Shown: positions 11,871 to 24,905 of the stretch, in pieces
Layout of the letters: each line of letters begins with the position of its first letter
Numbering within the stretch: position 1 is the first letter of the stretch
NCBI RefSeq assembly: GCF_009834535.1
Contig: NC_045697.1
Location: 102,488,001-102,552,000 of the forward strand
From: Camelus ferus
Lineage: Eukaryota
Length of the DNA stretch: 64,000 nt
Direction of reading: 5' to 3'
Notes under the pieces: generated by a model
What the model was told of the DNA's origin: nothing
The model's input: the letters and a program-made list of their open reading frames with translations, nothing else
Database searches by the model: none
Position numbers and translations under genes: made by a program

Positions 11871-14800
11871 GTAGGCACGCACCCGCCTCACAGCTGCGAG
11901 ACTGGCATACTGGCGGGTGGAGTTCCCAGTGGCTCCGGCAATACTGGTGGTTGGAAGAGGGGCGACACTTGTTTTGGGAGTTCTTTTTGATAACTTTTCT
12001 AAAGCGTTGGCGTGATGCGTTTGTGTGTTCCTCTGGGGTGCGCAGATACCTCTCCCGCCCCCAAGAGTCCGCGGTTGGGATGCTGTGCAAAACTGCCTGT
12101 CTCAGAAAAGAGAAGCTTCTGTGGTACCTGCATTCTGGGCTGGGTAAATATTTTAAAAGAATCGCGATTAACAGTGTGTTTTGGATCAAATCGGGCATTG
12201 GCTGCGGTGAAACTGTTAATTAAGGTGGCTGTGGTTTCCGGTTTATTTTTCTAGGGTAAAAAGATTTGTGCAGTTTTCTCCACGTGCTCGGTTAGGGAGA
12301 GGAGTGAATCTTAAAGGATGTTGAAGCATGGTTGGTTTATGATCCCCAGCCCCGTCAGAGGGGGGTGTCTTGCATTACAATAGTTAAACAGCGACAAGGA
12401 ACTTCTGGTACTCCAGTTAAGAACCCAAAAGTGGGCGAAAGATTTTGCTGGGGGCGTATTTATCACATAAAACCGGGGCGATTCTCCGTCTGTTTGTCAT
12501 GTTTTGTAACATTATAAATTCTGTCTTTCAGTGGTAGTTGTCTAGGAAAATCTTCTCCAGAAAACTTGTTTTAGGGGTAATGGCATTTACATTTTCCCCG
12601 GTGTTAGTAAGTTTAAGCAAATATGAAAACAGTGTTGGTCGAATGTAAAGACGTGCTTATATTTGAGTTTGCAACATCTTTCTTGCCCTGGGATGCAGTA
12701 ATGTGTGCTCTCTACTGTACTCCAAGGAATCACGTCATTAATAATCCCTGCGGGTGAAATAAACAATCAGGTGTCTTTGCTCCCCCTCCCTTTCCCCATT
12801 TTAGGTTTAATTAAGAATTCCTCTGTTACAACCCTGCAGTTGTCAAGGTCTGAGAGACTCTTGGAAAACTTGTGCTTCAGTCTTCCTGACCCAGGCATTA
12901 AAAAAAAATACCCTGGCTGAATCTAATTTTTATGCTCAGTTCACGGTAGATTTCACTCTATTCTCATGTAAACAGCTCCTACGAATCAACATATGTGTCT
13001 GGGTGGTATCTCTCACTTTGTTTTGTAACAAAAAGCCATATTGCATCATTTAATTTGCTCAAGTCATGCAAATAGGAAAAAATCAATAGGACAAAAAGGG
13101 GTCGACTTATCCTCCTCCCCACTAAACTGCTGCCCACACACAGAGTCCTGTTGCTTATGGCAAAAGAATAACAACAACACCATTGTGTTTGTTAGTTGGT
13201 TCACTAATGGGTGAAACTAGAGAACATCATTCTCTTTCAGTCCCCAGCTCTGTCCAAATGTTCATGCCTTTTGAGGGAGCATTTGTCCAACTCCTTCTAT
13301 TCCCAGATGAGTGAGAACTGTCTTGCTGCAGGTTTTCAGCTGTAACTCTCTCTTTATTCTTACCATATGCAGCAGTAGTCTGAGATTCAGGGAACAGATA
13401 TTCCAGCATTTTATTCAAAACATTGTCATGAAGCTCCTGTGTTGTAACTGAATTAAAGTACAAAATCGCTCCATTCACATCAGCTCCAGGGTTCTTGCCA
13501 GGAGCCGGACAGAACCAGGGAGTTCAGAGAAAGGTTTAGAAATATTTGCCATTAAGCCTCCCTGAGTGCAATATGCACTCTGAATATTCCGATGATCCGC
13601 AGACCCCTGCCACACTGAGCTCTTCAGGCACATAAGGAATGAAAACTTTTTCTTAACTAAAGATAGTGGGGAGCTGGAGGGTGGGGTGGGGCACCAGGAC
13701 TGAGGGGAATTCTGACCCTTAAGAGAAGTTACATAAAAACATTTTTTTTAAAGAAATTATTCTTTAGGAAGCATTCTGCCACGTTAGCCATCCACATTCC
13801 TTTCCGTTTTACGTGCTTCCAATCTCCAACAAACCCCTACTCATTTGGAAAATGTGAATTAAATTTGGTACACTAGACCCTACTGGTTCCATCACAAGTG
13901 GTTTATAAACCAACAATACTCAAATTGTTCAAATCAGAGATTTGAGATAGTTCTGCATATGTATTCTTGACCTATGTTAGTTCTCAAGTTTTAATAGTTT
14001 TTAGAACATGTTATTTTATAATAAACTTCAGTGTTTCCCTTTTTTCCCCTAAGCCTTCCTGGCTTATAATATATGTTAAGGTCTTATTTTGTAATGTACA
14101 GGAGAGATGATGGCTATTGAAAGGGCCCTTTTTTGTTTATGAAAAAAAAATTTTTCCCCCAGAAAGATTTCTGCAAGTTTTCAAGAAACTACAGGAATAG
14201 CTTTTTCCTAAGGGAAGAAACTTCATAAACAAATAGATAGTAGAAAACTAGGTAAGAATATTGATTATGCTTAGCTGTGCAATTAAATCCAGTTTCCATC
14301 CTAACCCATTTTCTTTAATGTAATGAACCTTTGAATGTAATTGAATTGAATTCTTTAGCCATGGTATTATTCTTTTATATTTTAATTTCTTTGTATAATT
14401 GAATAGTTTTATGTACAATAATGAGATGGTTCACTACTGTTACAAATAAGTCTTGCCAAAAATTTAGGAAGTTACACTGTCTCAGCAAGACTTTTGCAGC
14501 CCCTAAATACAAGATGCTAAAAGGATCTAATTCCCATTAGCCAAATTGAATCTGCAACCCACTGAAATACCCCCATTTCTAAAACTTAACTTGGAGCCAC
14601 AGAGGCATAGAAGCTCTCTCTACCTTGGGTGGTTTCACAGCCAAAGCTGTCAAGGAATGGGTGAAAAGTAATTGTTTTCAAGTGTGCCCTTTTACAATCA
14701 TTTGTTTGCTCTGGCTCTTTCCGGGACAAAGGCTATTGTTGAACACATCCAACTAAACAAATAACTCATCCTGGGGTCCCTTTAACAGCTGCCTTAGTAC

Positions 14801-17581
14801 AATGATCTATTTACATATTAGCCTAAAATTGAAACTGAACTCTTTAATGACATAATCCAGCCCTATAGTCCAGGGACGCATGTGTTCCACCCAACAGCTG
14901 AACAACCTTGTAGGCATATGATTTTTAGAAATAACTTTTTGTGTACCAAGGGATCTTGAGGCGTCATCTTAATACACTGCCATGTATTTTCTCCTTTTGT
15001 CCCCTCTTCAAACCCATGTGGGTGCCTTTTTGTCCTCTTTGTTTAGTGACTTGATAAAGAAAGAGAAATACAGAAGGTCTCTGTCACCTATTTTACTATT
15101 TGCTGATAAGCTATAGTTGTAGGCCATGCTTCGCTGGGTATTCCTGGGTTTAATCTTACCTTTCTTCTATGGACCTTACTTTCATGTGGCTAAAGATTAA
15201 AGGATGACCTGCCAGATGTTATAAATTAGTCAGCAACATCCACAATCATTGCTAGGCATGCTGTAGTAATGTTTCGAAGTTTTACATGATTTCCAAAGTA
15301 TATTTAGTTTAAGCCACTCTAATTTGACGGTTTCATACATGGCTTTTAAAAATCGAAACAGGAAATTAGCTTAAATTTCTTCTTAAGATTGATGACATTG
15401 TCAGACATAACGTTAAGGACCTGTAGAGACACAGACACAGAGGCAGAAAAGAGGGAAAAACACTCCCCACACACCAGTCCTCATCTGTCTAAGACAGCAC
15501 AGCGTTGCAGCTTGGGCTCAGTCAGTTTAATTGACTTCAGTAAGACTATTGGTTCATTGAAACCAAAGCCAGAATGATGGCTCTATCTTCAAATAGGTAT
15601 TTACACTGCAGACCTCACACGGAGCAAAATGTTACCATCCTGCTGGGCGGGAACAGCATGAAACTTTACAAAGAAAAATATTATACTTGATTTCAGATAA
15701 TTTATTGAATCCTCTTTCTGAAACTTTTGATGAGAGATCTTGTGGCCAGGGCACATTCCCAAAATTGTAAAAGACAAAATTCTTTAGGCACTAAAATCAA
15801 GCTCTTCCTGGATAGCAGCTGGGAGAGGATCATTTATTTTGTCGCAGCTGTAAAAGATGGAAGCAGGCATATTCTCCATAAAACCAAAGGTAATTACATT
15901 CCAGTTTTTCAGCCAGCGGAAGAGGTGGCTTCAGAGTCTTGGAGTTGTTTTGTTCTCAGTGGACTGCCGCATGATAAACAAACAGAACACAGTTGAACAG
16001 TATTCATATCAAATAGAATCTGGTGAAGTCTGCCAGAGTGTGGACAATAAAAGATATTTAAAACATTCTTGGAATGCAAATTCTAAGTGTCTGGTGTATG
16101 TTTCCTTTTAGAAAACTTTAACCATTTATGCAATTGTTATTCAAATAAATTGATAAACATCAAAATGCAGACATAATTGTGATTAATAATAACTTTTCTG
16201 AATATCATAGTTACAACTCATCATATATTATTTATATATATATACACACACACTTATTTTTTTCCAAAATAGGGTAGTTCCTATTGGACTTTTAAGTACT
16301 GTATGCCCAAATTTCAGTGTGCCTTGACTTCAATGATTTTTTTTAGTTATTTTACTCTTACAGATCCAAATTTTGTGATCCCCACAGAATATCTTTATCC
16401 TCAAAACTAGAAGCCATATGATTTACTCAGTTTACTCAAATTAAAACCTCAACTTGCGAATGAAATATCTGCTTTAAGCAATGATCTAGAGTTTAAAAAT
16501 GTTCATTTCAGTTTGTAGTTCTAAAGAAATAAGTATAAACATAGTTATATAAATTGAGGAAAACGTATAAAATTTAATCTCATCATGGTGTTTTTTAACA
16601 TGAAAACTCAGTGCTTGATTTAGACAACACTACGTTTCATGTCTCAAATATTGTACTATTATTATCTTCTCTGTTTATTAGAGGAGGTCCTGAAGTCAGT
16701 TTTTTAAAGTTAGTACTAGACACTGAGACCTGATTTATCTATAAATGAGTAATCTCAATGGATCAGTAACTCCCAAATTGATCTTATTGATATAAAAGAC
16801 ATACTACTGTATAAACAAGGATAAAAATGTGCCCTTTTTTCATTAAAACTCACTAAATGCAATACAAAAGCACTTTCATTAGACGCTTGTGTTTATTCAT
16901 GCAGATAACATAACTGAGGAGCTAGTTAGAAAATTTTCCCTGGCTAAGTATAATGAATAATGAAAGTTGGTCTTAAATCTGTTCGACTCAGCTTCAGTTC
17001 TTATTTTTGTAGAACATGAAAAGGAGATTGTTCCCCCACTTTAGAAAACCTTCCCTATGCAATCTGTAGATTAAAAATTAATTAAAATTAGGACACTGTA
17101 ATTCAAGTAACATCTTTGAGAATAGCTTTAAGAATTTCAGGAGTGAAATAGATTTTTACCCAAGGCACAGATAAGCCGTGTCTTAAAAAGTTCTGCTTTG
17201 CATACAGTTGGATAAAGGTATTTGGAGTTTTAAAGTTCAATACCAGTGGGTATACACTTTGAGGCAGAGTAAAGTGATAAAGGGTTAAAGGGTCTAAGTA
17301 GAATTATCATATAATTTTTCACACCTGAAAGGCAGATAAAGAGACTGACTTACAGGAGTAGGAAGCAAGTTTGTACCCCTACCCTTTACTCTCCCATCCC
17401 AACCCAGGAGACCGCGCATATGTCCTTACAAATCACTCTGTACTGTGACATGGTGATTCTTTGCAGAAAACTGCATTAGCTAAATTGCACTTTTCTCCTT
17501 CCATGATGACCAAAAAACCCCAAAAAACAACAAAAAAAAAACTGTAACTAAGAAGTTTGTTTCTGATTTTTTGGCTTTTAG

Positions 17582-17774
17582 ATATTTTCTGTTGCCAACA
17601 ACACAGAATGCGGGAAGTTACTGGAGGAAATCAGATGTGCACTTTGCTCTCCATATTCTCAGAGCCTGTTCCACTCACCTGAGAGAGAAGCCTTGGAAAG
17701 AGACCTGGCACTTCCCCTGCTCTGCAAAGACTATTGCAAAGAATTCTTTTATACTTGCCGAGGCCATATTCCAG
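17582..17774 (+). CDS. HHIP: HHIP coding exon 2 (cysteine-rich domain)
   Basis: Acceptor ttttttggcttttag; translates IFSVANNTECGKLLEEIRCALCSPYSQSLFHSPEREALERDLALPLLCKDYCKEFFYTCRGHIP(G); 193 nt, phase 0 in, phase 1 out; donor CAG|GTAAAA. The ORF track shows a different frame here. Confidence 0.97.
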
Positions 17775-20499
17775 GTAAAAAAAAAAAAAAAGCATAAATT
17801 AAATTAACTACTGCAGAATATCCCTCCAAGATACCTGTTTCTAAATGCTGGCTTACGAGAGTGTAAAATTTATCTCGCCATTCAAAATACCTATTATTAC
17901 CTCATAATTACCCTTTTCAAACTTACAACCTTTTACTGCTGCCAAAAGGATTATTATCATTTGAGCCTACAAACAGTGCATTGTTTTGCTGAAATGGCTT
18001 ACATTTCTTGTTAAACCAATAATATGGGTGGTAATCTTTACACACGCTGGGTTATCAGTACAAATTTCTTTCTGATTTCTTCTTTATCCATCAGTGTCAA
18101 TATCAAGACAGCCTCCCCTTCTTCCCAGCTGAGACATAAGTACAGATTGTCCACTAACTTTTAAGCTATTTCCTAAAATAAAATATAATTCAAAATCCCC
18201 CCAAAAATAACATCTTACAAAGTATTTTCACATATAATGATTAATTTGCTCCTCAAGGTGGAATCTTCCATTTGACAGATGAAGAAAACTGAACCTCAGG
18301 AGAAGCTGAATGCCTTAAACAAAGTTGTACAATGAGAAAGTCATGGGCAAGATGAAGTTCTTAGGCTTATGGTGTCCCAAATCTGCCTGGTCACTATCAT
18401 ATTTTGGATCCTAATAAACATATAAGTTCTTGGTCATTGATTAATTCTACCATCAGAAGTTTATAAACCTCGGTGGTTGTTGCTTTCATTGGAAGAATGA
18501 ACACAGAGGTAGAAAAGAATTTAACAAGACAGATTCTGTTTAGTTAGACAGTCACACACAAACAAATCTACTGAAGCTAACAGTTTATAAAACTCAATGG
18601 CACTGAAGTAAAAGGCAAGCTTTAAGAACTGTAGGATGCACTTGGAGAATTTTTTTTTAACTGCTATGCACATTTTACTTTTTTCTCTGACCCAGAAAAG
18701 TGTAGATTTCTGTATTTTTTTTTTAATAGAGCTTTCTTAATAGCCTAAGAAAACATTTTGACTAGGGTTGCTGGCTTCGTTTGGTGTACCATAACATGTA
18801 TCTAAATCCATTCAATGTGAAAATATTATTATTGTCTTTATAAACTACAGCTTTGTTTCTAAGGCTTTCCTTAAACCAGCTGTTTCTTCCTCTTTATCGC
18901 ATTCCCCAAAGCAAAGTAGAATAGGTCACGGTTGCCTAGATGGCCTGCCGAGAAGCGATAACAGATTAGGTCCCAGAAAGATCTGCTGCAAACTTCCAGT
19001 CTGGAAGGTATGCCTTTACCACTGTAAATTCGAAGTGATATTGACACTCAGCATCTTTATCTGCCTTTATCAACTTGAGATAAATATCACTAGGCTGGAT
19101 CTGGGTACTCACCTGTGGGAGTCTTCCTCTATTTGATGTTATTTTAGCTTCCAAAACCAACAACAAAAAAAGGCAATATCTACTGAAAAGCACAGCAAAC
19201 AGCTCAGGAGCCAGAACTGCGAGCACCTCGCTCCCCAGATCAACAGATGTGGTGACGAATGACAAATTTATTTTTCTCCAGGGTTTGTATATATGTAAAA
19301 CTGCTGAAGTTCATCAAGATGTCAAGTGCTTTTGGTGGCCACCCAGGCTGCCTTGAAAGATAACCAGATGAAATCTCCACTCCAGCAGTGGATGGAGCAG
19401 CGAGGGTGCTTTCCAGGGCCAGGCCAGCCGGCTGTAGCACGGAGCAGAGGGGGCTTCCTCGGCATCCATCACTCGCTAATAATCGCTCTAAATACTTGTC
19501 CCCAATGTGAGCTGTAATAACACGCTCTTCGTGTTACTGACGTGGATCAGTTTGTTAGCCAGCCCGGTCCTTGGCCCGTAGGTTACTGTTTCCTAAAATA
19601 TGATGGATAAGAGGCGATCATCTTCCCCTCGGCCCTGGCCCCCAGCTCAGAAGTCTCTTCAGAATTCTAGAACACTCATTTTTCAGAAATTGCTCAGAAA
19701 GCACATTTGCTACAGTTTCACCTTCTTACGTCTATTTAGTGACATGGTTGGTTTTTCTCTAAAGTTCAAAATTGTGAAAAACAGCTACTTTGTGATTCTT
19801 ATACATATATATTGTTTTTACTATTCTCGTTATTAGCCTCATCTTTCTGCAAATCAAAAACATGAAGAGGAAGGGAGCTAAAGGGTTGTAGTTTGCTAAG
19901 AGAAGGCAAATGCTGAAAGGGGTTGAAAGAAAGATAATTCCGGAAACATTTTCATTTCTTCCCCATTGCCCAATACATAAAGAATTAAGTACGTAAATGA
20001 TCTATTTGTTTGCATCACCCTCATGGCTTTAAGAAAGTGTCACTCACGTTGGGATACACATATACCCGAAAGGTAGCTACTTTCTAAGGGCTTCAATTCA
20101 GAAAGATTCATGGTCTGCTTACTTCCACAAAAATGAAAAAAAAAAAAGAAGTTAAAAAATCACTACAGAGAAGATACACTAGAGTTTTATTAATCATCAT
20201 ATTCCCAGTGGTGCATTTACTTAGGGAGATAAATTCTTAAAACTTCTAAAAGTACCAAAATTACACTAAAAATCCATAGGAGCTCCTTTCTCAGGGGGTC
20301 TCATCTTGGGCCTGAATTGCAGTGAACAGCGGAGATGCTCTCCTGCTGACTGCATGATGGCCCAGTAAGCTCTGTGCAAATGGCATATGAAAGGACATTG
20401 CTGGGCCTTGCTTTTTTTTTCCATTCATTATAGTGATTTTTATCACTCTTGGACTGTCCTCTCTCAGCTGTAGGTTACTGTAGTGTGACATGTCTGTAC

Positions 20500-20720
20500 A
20501 CAATTAGTTCGGTTGGTTTAATCCTGTTGCTAAAGAGGCCAAGGTCAAGGATTAGATTCCCCTGAGTTTCTCGAGTCCACAGCCACTCCCAACCCCAGTC
20601 CGCTATCTTACCCATGTGTCTCATTAGTCCCCAAGAAAGCAAGCCAAAGCGAATGGGTGAAGACCCCCCAGGAATAGCCCCCAGGCCACTCCCTCTGCTA
20701 GAAAATGCTCTCGAGTGCAG
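20500..20720 (+). mobile_element. Ancient tRNA-derived SINE (MamSINE1-like)
   Basis: Degenerate tRNA head ttagttcggttggttta...tgctaaagaggccaaggtcaaggattagattcccc followed by a non-tRNA body. Confidence 0.55.
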
Positions 20721-22185
20721 GCTTTACAGATGATGGGATTTTGTGTAGTTTTCATTTTTTTTTTTGCCTTATCGTTATGAACAGCATATATAATGAGGAA
20801 AAATAACTTTTCTCTAGCATACGTGCTCAGAGAAAAGCTAGAACTTAGCAAACTCCCCAGAGAGAATATTTGTTTACATGTCAGTAGTTTATAGGGTGCT
20901 TTGTGGTATAGCAGGACTGGGTTCATGATCTTGGAGTAGAGTTATTATAGTTTCAAAATATTTGATAAATTATCAGGAGCTATAAAAAAAATTACAGCCA
21001 CTGGAATCATCAGTGTACTTCCATTCATAGTAGACTTGATCGTATTAAGATGATTCAGGGTGAGCTCAACAGTCACCTTCAGTAAAATGCCCTTCAGTGT
21101 TTCCTTCCAAACAGAAGGGTACCATTTGGTAAATTATATCTTCCCTGACGATAAATGTAGCCCAGTGTCCTGAAACTGTATCTCTTTTAGCTCTTCACAG
21201 AAAAATATATCTTACTCATCACTGTCTGTAAAATTGGATCATTTAAGATAAAGTACTAATAAAACTATTAGACATTTAGATTCAAATATCCTGATTATCA
21301 GAAAAATGCCCATATTTTTATGTAAAGGTCTTCTGAGTTGGCTCCTTCCTTCCCACTTAGATTTGCCGTTTGTCTAGATACTGTAAAAAGCTTGCAGTAA
21401 ATCATTGTCAACATTCTGGTGTGGTTTTGTTTAATTTGCTAAGAGAGCATAGTACCTCTGGAGCGACAGAGTTTATGAATCTGCGCTCATTCATCTTCAG
21501 ATGTTCCATTTGAAAATGATTTCCCATTTCCTCATGTTTGTCCCCAGCTAATAATTCCTTATAAAATAGAATCAGCCACTGGCATTGTTCATTCATTTCC
21601 CTGTAAGATGGTATTAGTTTGCAGACTGTAATGCTGGAAAACAGATTATTTTTTTGAAAAGCAGACTCGAAATGTCTTCTGGGTTGTACTTTGAAATTTT
21701 TCTGTGACCCCTGCAGGCAAACATCACATGAAAACAAAATTTCTCCTTCACACCTGCAGTTATAAATATATCCATAGTATGACAGTCTTCCTGCACACAT
21801 TGTGTTGGCATGGAGAGCTTCCTGCCTGATGGTAAATATATGTATATTTATATATATGTATACATGAAACATCTAGCCCCAAACTGTGAAAAGTTCAATT
21901 CAGCAACTCAGTTTTCCTTCTCTTCTTTTTACCTCAAACAAAATTATTTAACACTGCTGGGCAATTTTCATCTGATGCTTAGCCATTGAAGAATGGAGGA
22001 GAAAAGTTATCTTTTGCCAGCAGCGAATTGCTGAAGATGAGTAAATGCCGTTGCAGCCTTCATTCCTCTCCCCAATTTCTAATCCCTGAATTTTTTCAAA
22101 GAAAGATAACCTCCTTCCAGCTGCCTTGCCCCTCCCAGGGAGCACCCTTCCCAGCTGCCATGCCTCCTTGTTCTGCTCCCTTAAA

Positions 22186-22221
22186 ACACACACGCACACG
22201 CACACGCACACGCACACACAC
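22186..22221. repeat. (CA)n/(CACACG)n microsatellite
   Basis: acacacacgcacacgcacacgcacacgcacacacac; uninterrupted purine-pyrimidine alternation. Confidence 0.9.
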
Positions 22222-23687
22222 TCCCAAGGACATTTGCTCTTACTTGCCTGTTTCCCAAAGACAGAACATTTCCCAATAGCTTAGTCGGATATTGGGCTTG
22301 AAGAAGAGTCTGTCTCAGAAATTTAGGGGTGACACATTTAACCCAAAAGTTAGTTCAAAATGTATATTATGTTTTAACCATTTTGGACTCTCAGATTCTA
22401 AGATTGATTTTAGCTTTGAGGGGACCTAGGTCAAGCTCACAGAAAATAAACTTTATAGTGTCTTCATGTTCCGTTGTTAAGCCTCCCTTGGTTGTCCTCA
22501 AATTCTTGTTCTTGCCAGTCCTTGCAAACTTGCATGTTCTACAACTTCTAAACTTTCAGTTACTAGATGCTTTTATTGCAGAACTGATTAGGAGTAATAA
22601 TCTGATTTGTTAGGTAAAAATCAAAACATTCAGCATAACTAAAGGTATGAGACCAGAAGTAGGAATTTGGGACATCATAAAAAGTCAACTCTGATAGCAA
22701 CATCATATTTTAATAGCAAAATCATTATCAGAATAGGGAAGTGAATCTTATTAATTTAACATACCTCCCCCCAAAAAACACCTGTTAACTCAAACTGTAA
22801 AAGTAATGTCAAAAGGCTTTTTTGTAATGAGTCTCTTTTGTTATTAAACTTTTTATTTGATAAAATTCTTAATTGTAAGAAACGGGAAAAAAAAGGTCTT
22901 TCTTTCAGATCCCTTGAAGTTTAAGTCTGCTCCACATTTTCATTTTAGCTAATTTTAATTTTTTTTCAGTGAGGGGTAGTATGTCAGCTCTTCTGCTTGA
23001 GAAAATTGAAAGGCTATTTTAAAGATTTTTATATTACAAAATAGACACTCTCTCCTATAAGTGAGGTGCAAGAAAAAGGCACTTATATTTTTGAAAATGG
23101 AGGCTCTGTTGTTAGCATCAGTTCCTTGCTTGCTTATTGCAGGGCGTCAGCCATTTGCTACACTATGTAATGACCTGGTGCTGTTCATTAGATTCATTAT
23201 TTAATCATATGTGAGTGACAATACAGTAAGAATTTTAAAGTGACCCAAACTGGCTCCTGATGGTCTGTCTCTTTCTTGATGGTGATTTGTTCTTCTTAGG
23301 AAGTTATTAGTAACTGTAGGGAAAAATTGCTAAATTGTCATCAGATAAGCTGGAAAGTGCAAAGTACGGTAACTGGGGAAACTTGAAAATAGAATCAATG
23401 CAATAACAAGATTAATGCTGGATTCCTATCAGGTCTTTTTCATATGAGCCTTTTAAGATATGCAACACAATATCATTTCACTTTTACTACGATTCTTAAA
23501 TTTTGGTTAAAAAAGGAATAGAAATCCCAAGCTAAAAAAAATTTGTTCTTTTATTTTTGTCTATATGTTTTCCTAGAATATTCATGTAGTTCCTAAAAAT
23601 TTCTTACCCTTTATTTTGTCTTTCAAATGCAGTGTTTTTACTATGACACTAAATATTTCTAATGAGTCTTTTTACATTTTTTTAAAG

Positions 23688-23844
23688 GTTTCCTTCAAAC
23701 TACTGCTGATGAATTTTGCTTTTACTATGCAAGAAAAGATGGTGGCTTGTGCTTTCCAGATTTTCCAAGAAAACAAATCAGAGGACCAGCATCTAACTAC
23801 TTGGACCAGATGGAAGAATACGACAAAGTGGAAGAGATCAGCAG
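23688..23844 (+). CDS. HHIP: HHIP coding exon 3
   Basis: Acceptor tttacatttttttaaag; (G)FLQTTADEFCFYYARKDGGLCFPDFPRKQIRGPASNYLDQMEEYDKVEEIS(R); 157 nt, phase 1 in, phase 2 out; donor CAG|GTTCAT. Confidence 0.96.
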
Positions 23845-24333
23845 GTTCATAAAGATAAATGTTCTTTAATCTTTAAAAAAAAAAAAAAAACCAAAACTGA
23901 GAAGGCTTGTGGTTTTGACACTGAGTCAACTGGCTGTGCTCACATCCAGCAGCTATAGCCTCCAGATGCTTTTTTTTTTTTTTTTTGGTAGTTTGCTTCT
24001 CTAAAATCATATTCCCTTAAATGCTTTCAATGCTGAGACTACCAGTCTTCTGTTATGAGCTTGGCTTCTCTGTGATTCATGGGAATTTTATGACTGTCTT
24101 TTAAACTTGAATTTTATGACTGTTGTTAGCTTATGCTGCTGTGGGAATATTCAGCACAATGATCGTTAGCAAATCAGAGTTTTAGAATTAGATCTTAGAA
24201 CTTTCTCTCTGAGGGCCCTTCTGTAAGGTTTAATTAAATCACAGTAATTAATGTTAGTAAAGCTAATATTAATTAATAGTCACTGAAAGATGAGATCGTG
24301 AGCTTGTGAAATTTTAAAATACCTATGTGTTTT

Positions 24334-24492
24334 TGTTTTCTTGTTGTTGTTCATTTATTTTATTTATTTTTTTGCAGGGGGAGGTAATTAGGTTTGCTTA
24401 ATTATTTCCTTAATGGAGGTACTGGAGATTGAACCCAGGACCTTGTGCATGCTAGGCATGCGCTCTACCACTGAACTGTACCCCCACCCTGC
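24334..24492 (-). mobile_element. tRNA-derived SINE of camelid type with perfect 14-bp TSD
   Basis: ggggaggtaattaggttt...aatggaggtactggagattgaacccaggaccttgtgcatgctaggcatgcgctctaccactgaactgtacccc; TSD TACCTATGTGTTTT at 24320-24333 and 24493-24506. Confidence 0.9.
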
Positions 24493-24703
24493 TACCTATG
24501 TGTTTTGAGTCCCTCCTTTACTTTCTGATAGAAGGCTTTTTTAACCCCATTGAAAAGAATCGTTGTGCCCTTGGGTTAGCAGCCCATCCTGACCCTCAAA
24601 ACCATTGATTCCTATAGGAAATGTATTTTGAAGAGGATGCTGAGTGCATCCCTTACCTCCATCATCTCAAGAAACGCTTACTGGTTTTCTTTAATTTGTT
24701 TAG

Positions 24704-24905
24704 AAAGCACAAACACAACTGCTTCTGTATTCAGGAGGTTGTGAGTGGGCTGCGCCAGCCTGTCAGCGCCCTGCATAGCGGGGATGGCTCACACCGTCTC
24801 TTCATTCTGGAAAAAGAAGGTTACGTGAAGATCCTTACCCCTGAAGGAGAAATTTTCAAGGAGCCTTATTTGGACATTCACAAACTTGTTCAAAGTGGAA
24901 TAAAG
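24704..24905 (+). CDS. HHIP: HHIP coding exon 4 (start of beta-propeller domain)
   Basis: Acceptor ttttctttaatttgtttag; (R)KHKHNCFCIQEVVSGLRQPVSALHSGDGSHRLFILEKEGYVKILTPEGEIFKEPYLDIHKLVQSGIK; 202 nt, restores phase 0; donor AAG|GTTGGC. Confidence 0.97.

Larger units (their letters stand above)
10050..12100. promoter_or_regulatory. CpG island / (probably bidirectional) HHIP promoter, 5'UTR and exon 1
   Basis: Abrupt high GC and dense CpG, multiple GGGCGG GC boxes, spans the HHIP start codon. Boundaries approximate. Confidence 0.92.

Noticed and set aside
11871..11990. Exon-1 frame continuing 39 codons into intron 1
   Set aside because: Exon 1 has a reasonable donor (AAG|GTAGGC), the sequence is GC-rich and the peptide is featureless.
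11520..12198. Minus-strand ORFs of 123 and 179 aa over exon 1
   Set aside because: Antisense shadows of a GC-rich coding exon.
20500..20570. tRNA-like sequence (also at 24420-24490, 40455-40525 and 57058-57130)
   Set aside because: Degenerate SINE heads attached to SINE bodies, tails or TSDs; no intact cloverleaf evident.
10401..20674. Identical 14-mer AGACCCCCCAGGAA at 10401 and 20661
   Set aside because: A few 14-mer coincidences are plausible in 64 kb; the second copy lies in an old SINE and the flanks share no similarity.
17571..23852. ORF-track proteins at 17571-17807 and 23616-23852
   Set aside because: They overlap HHIP exons 2 and 3 in the wrong frame; the spliced frame gives the recognisable protein.
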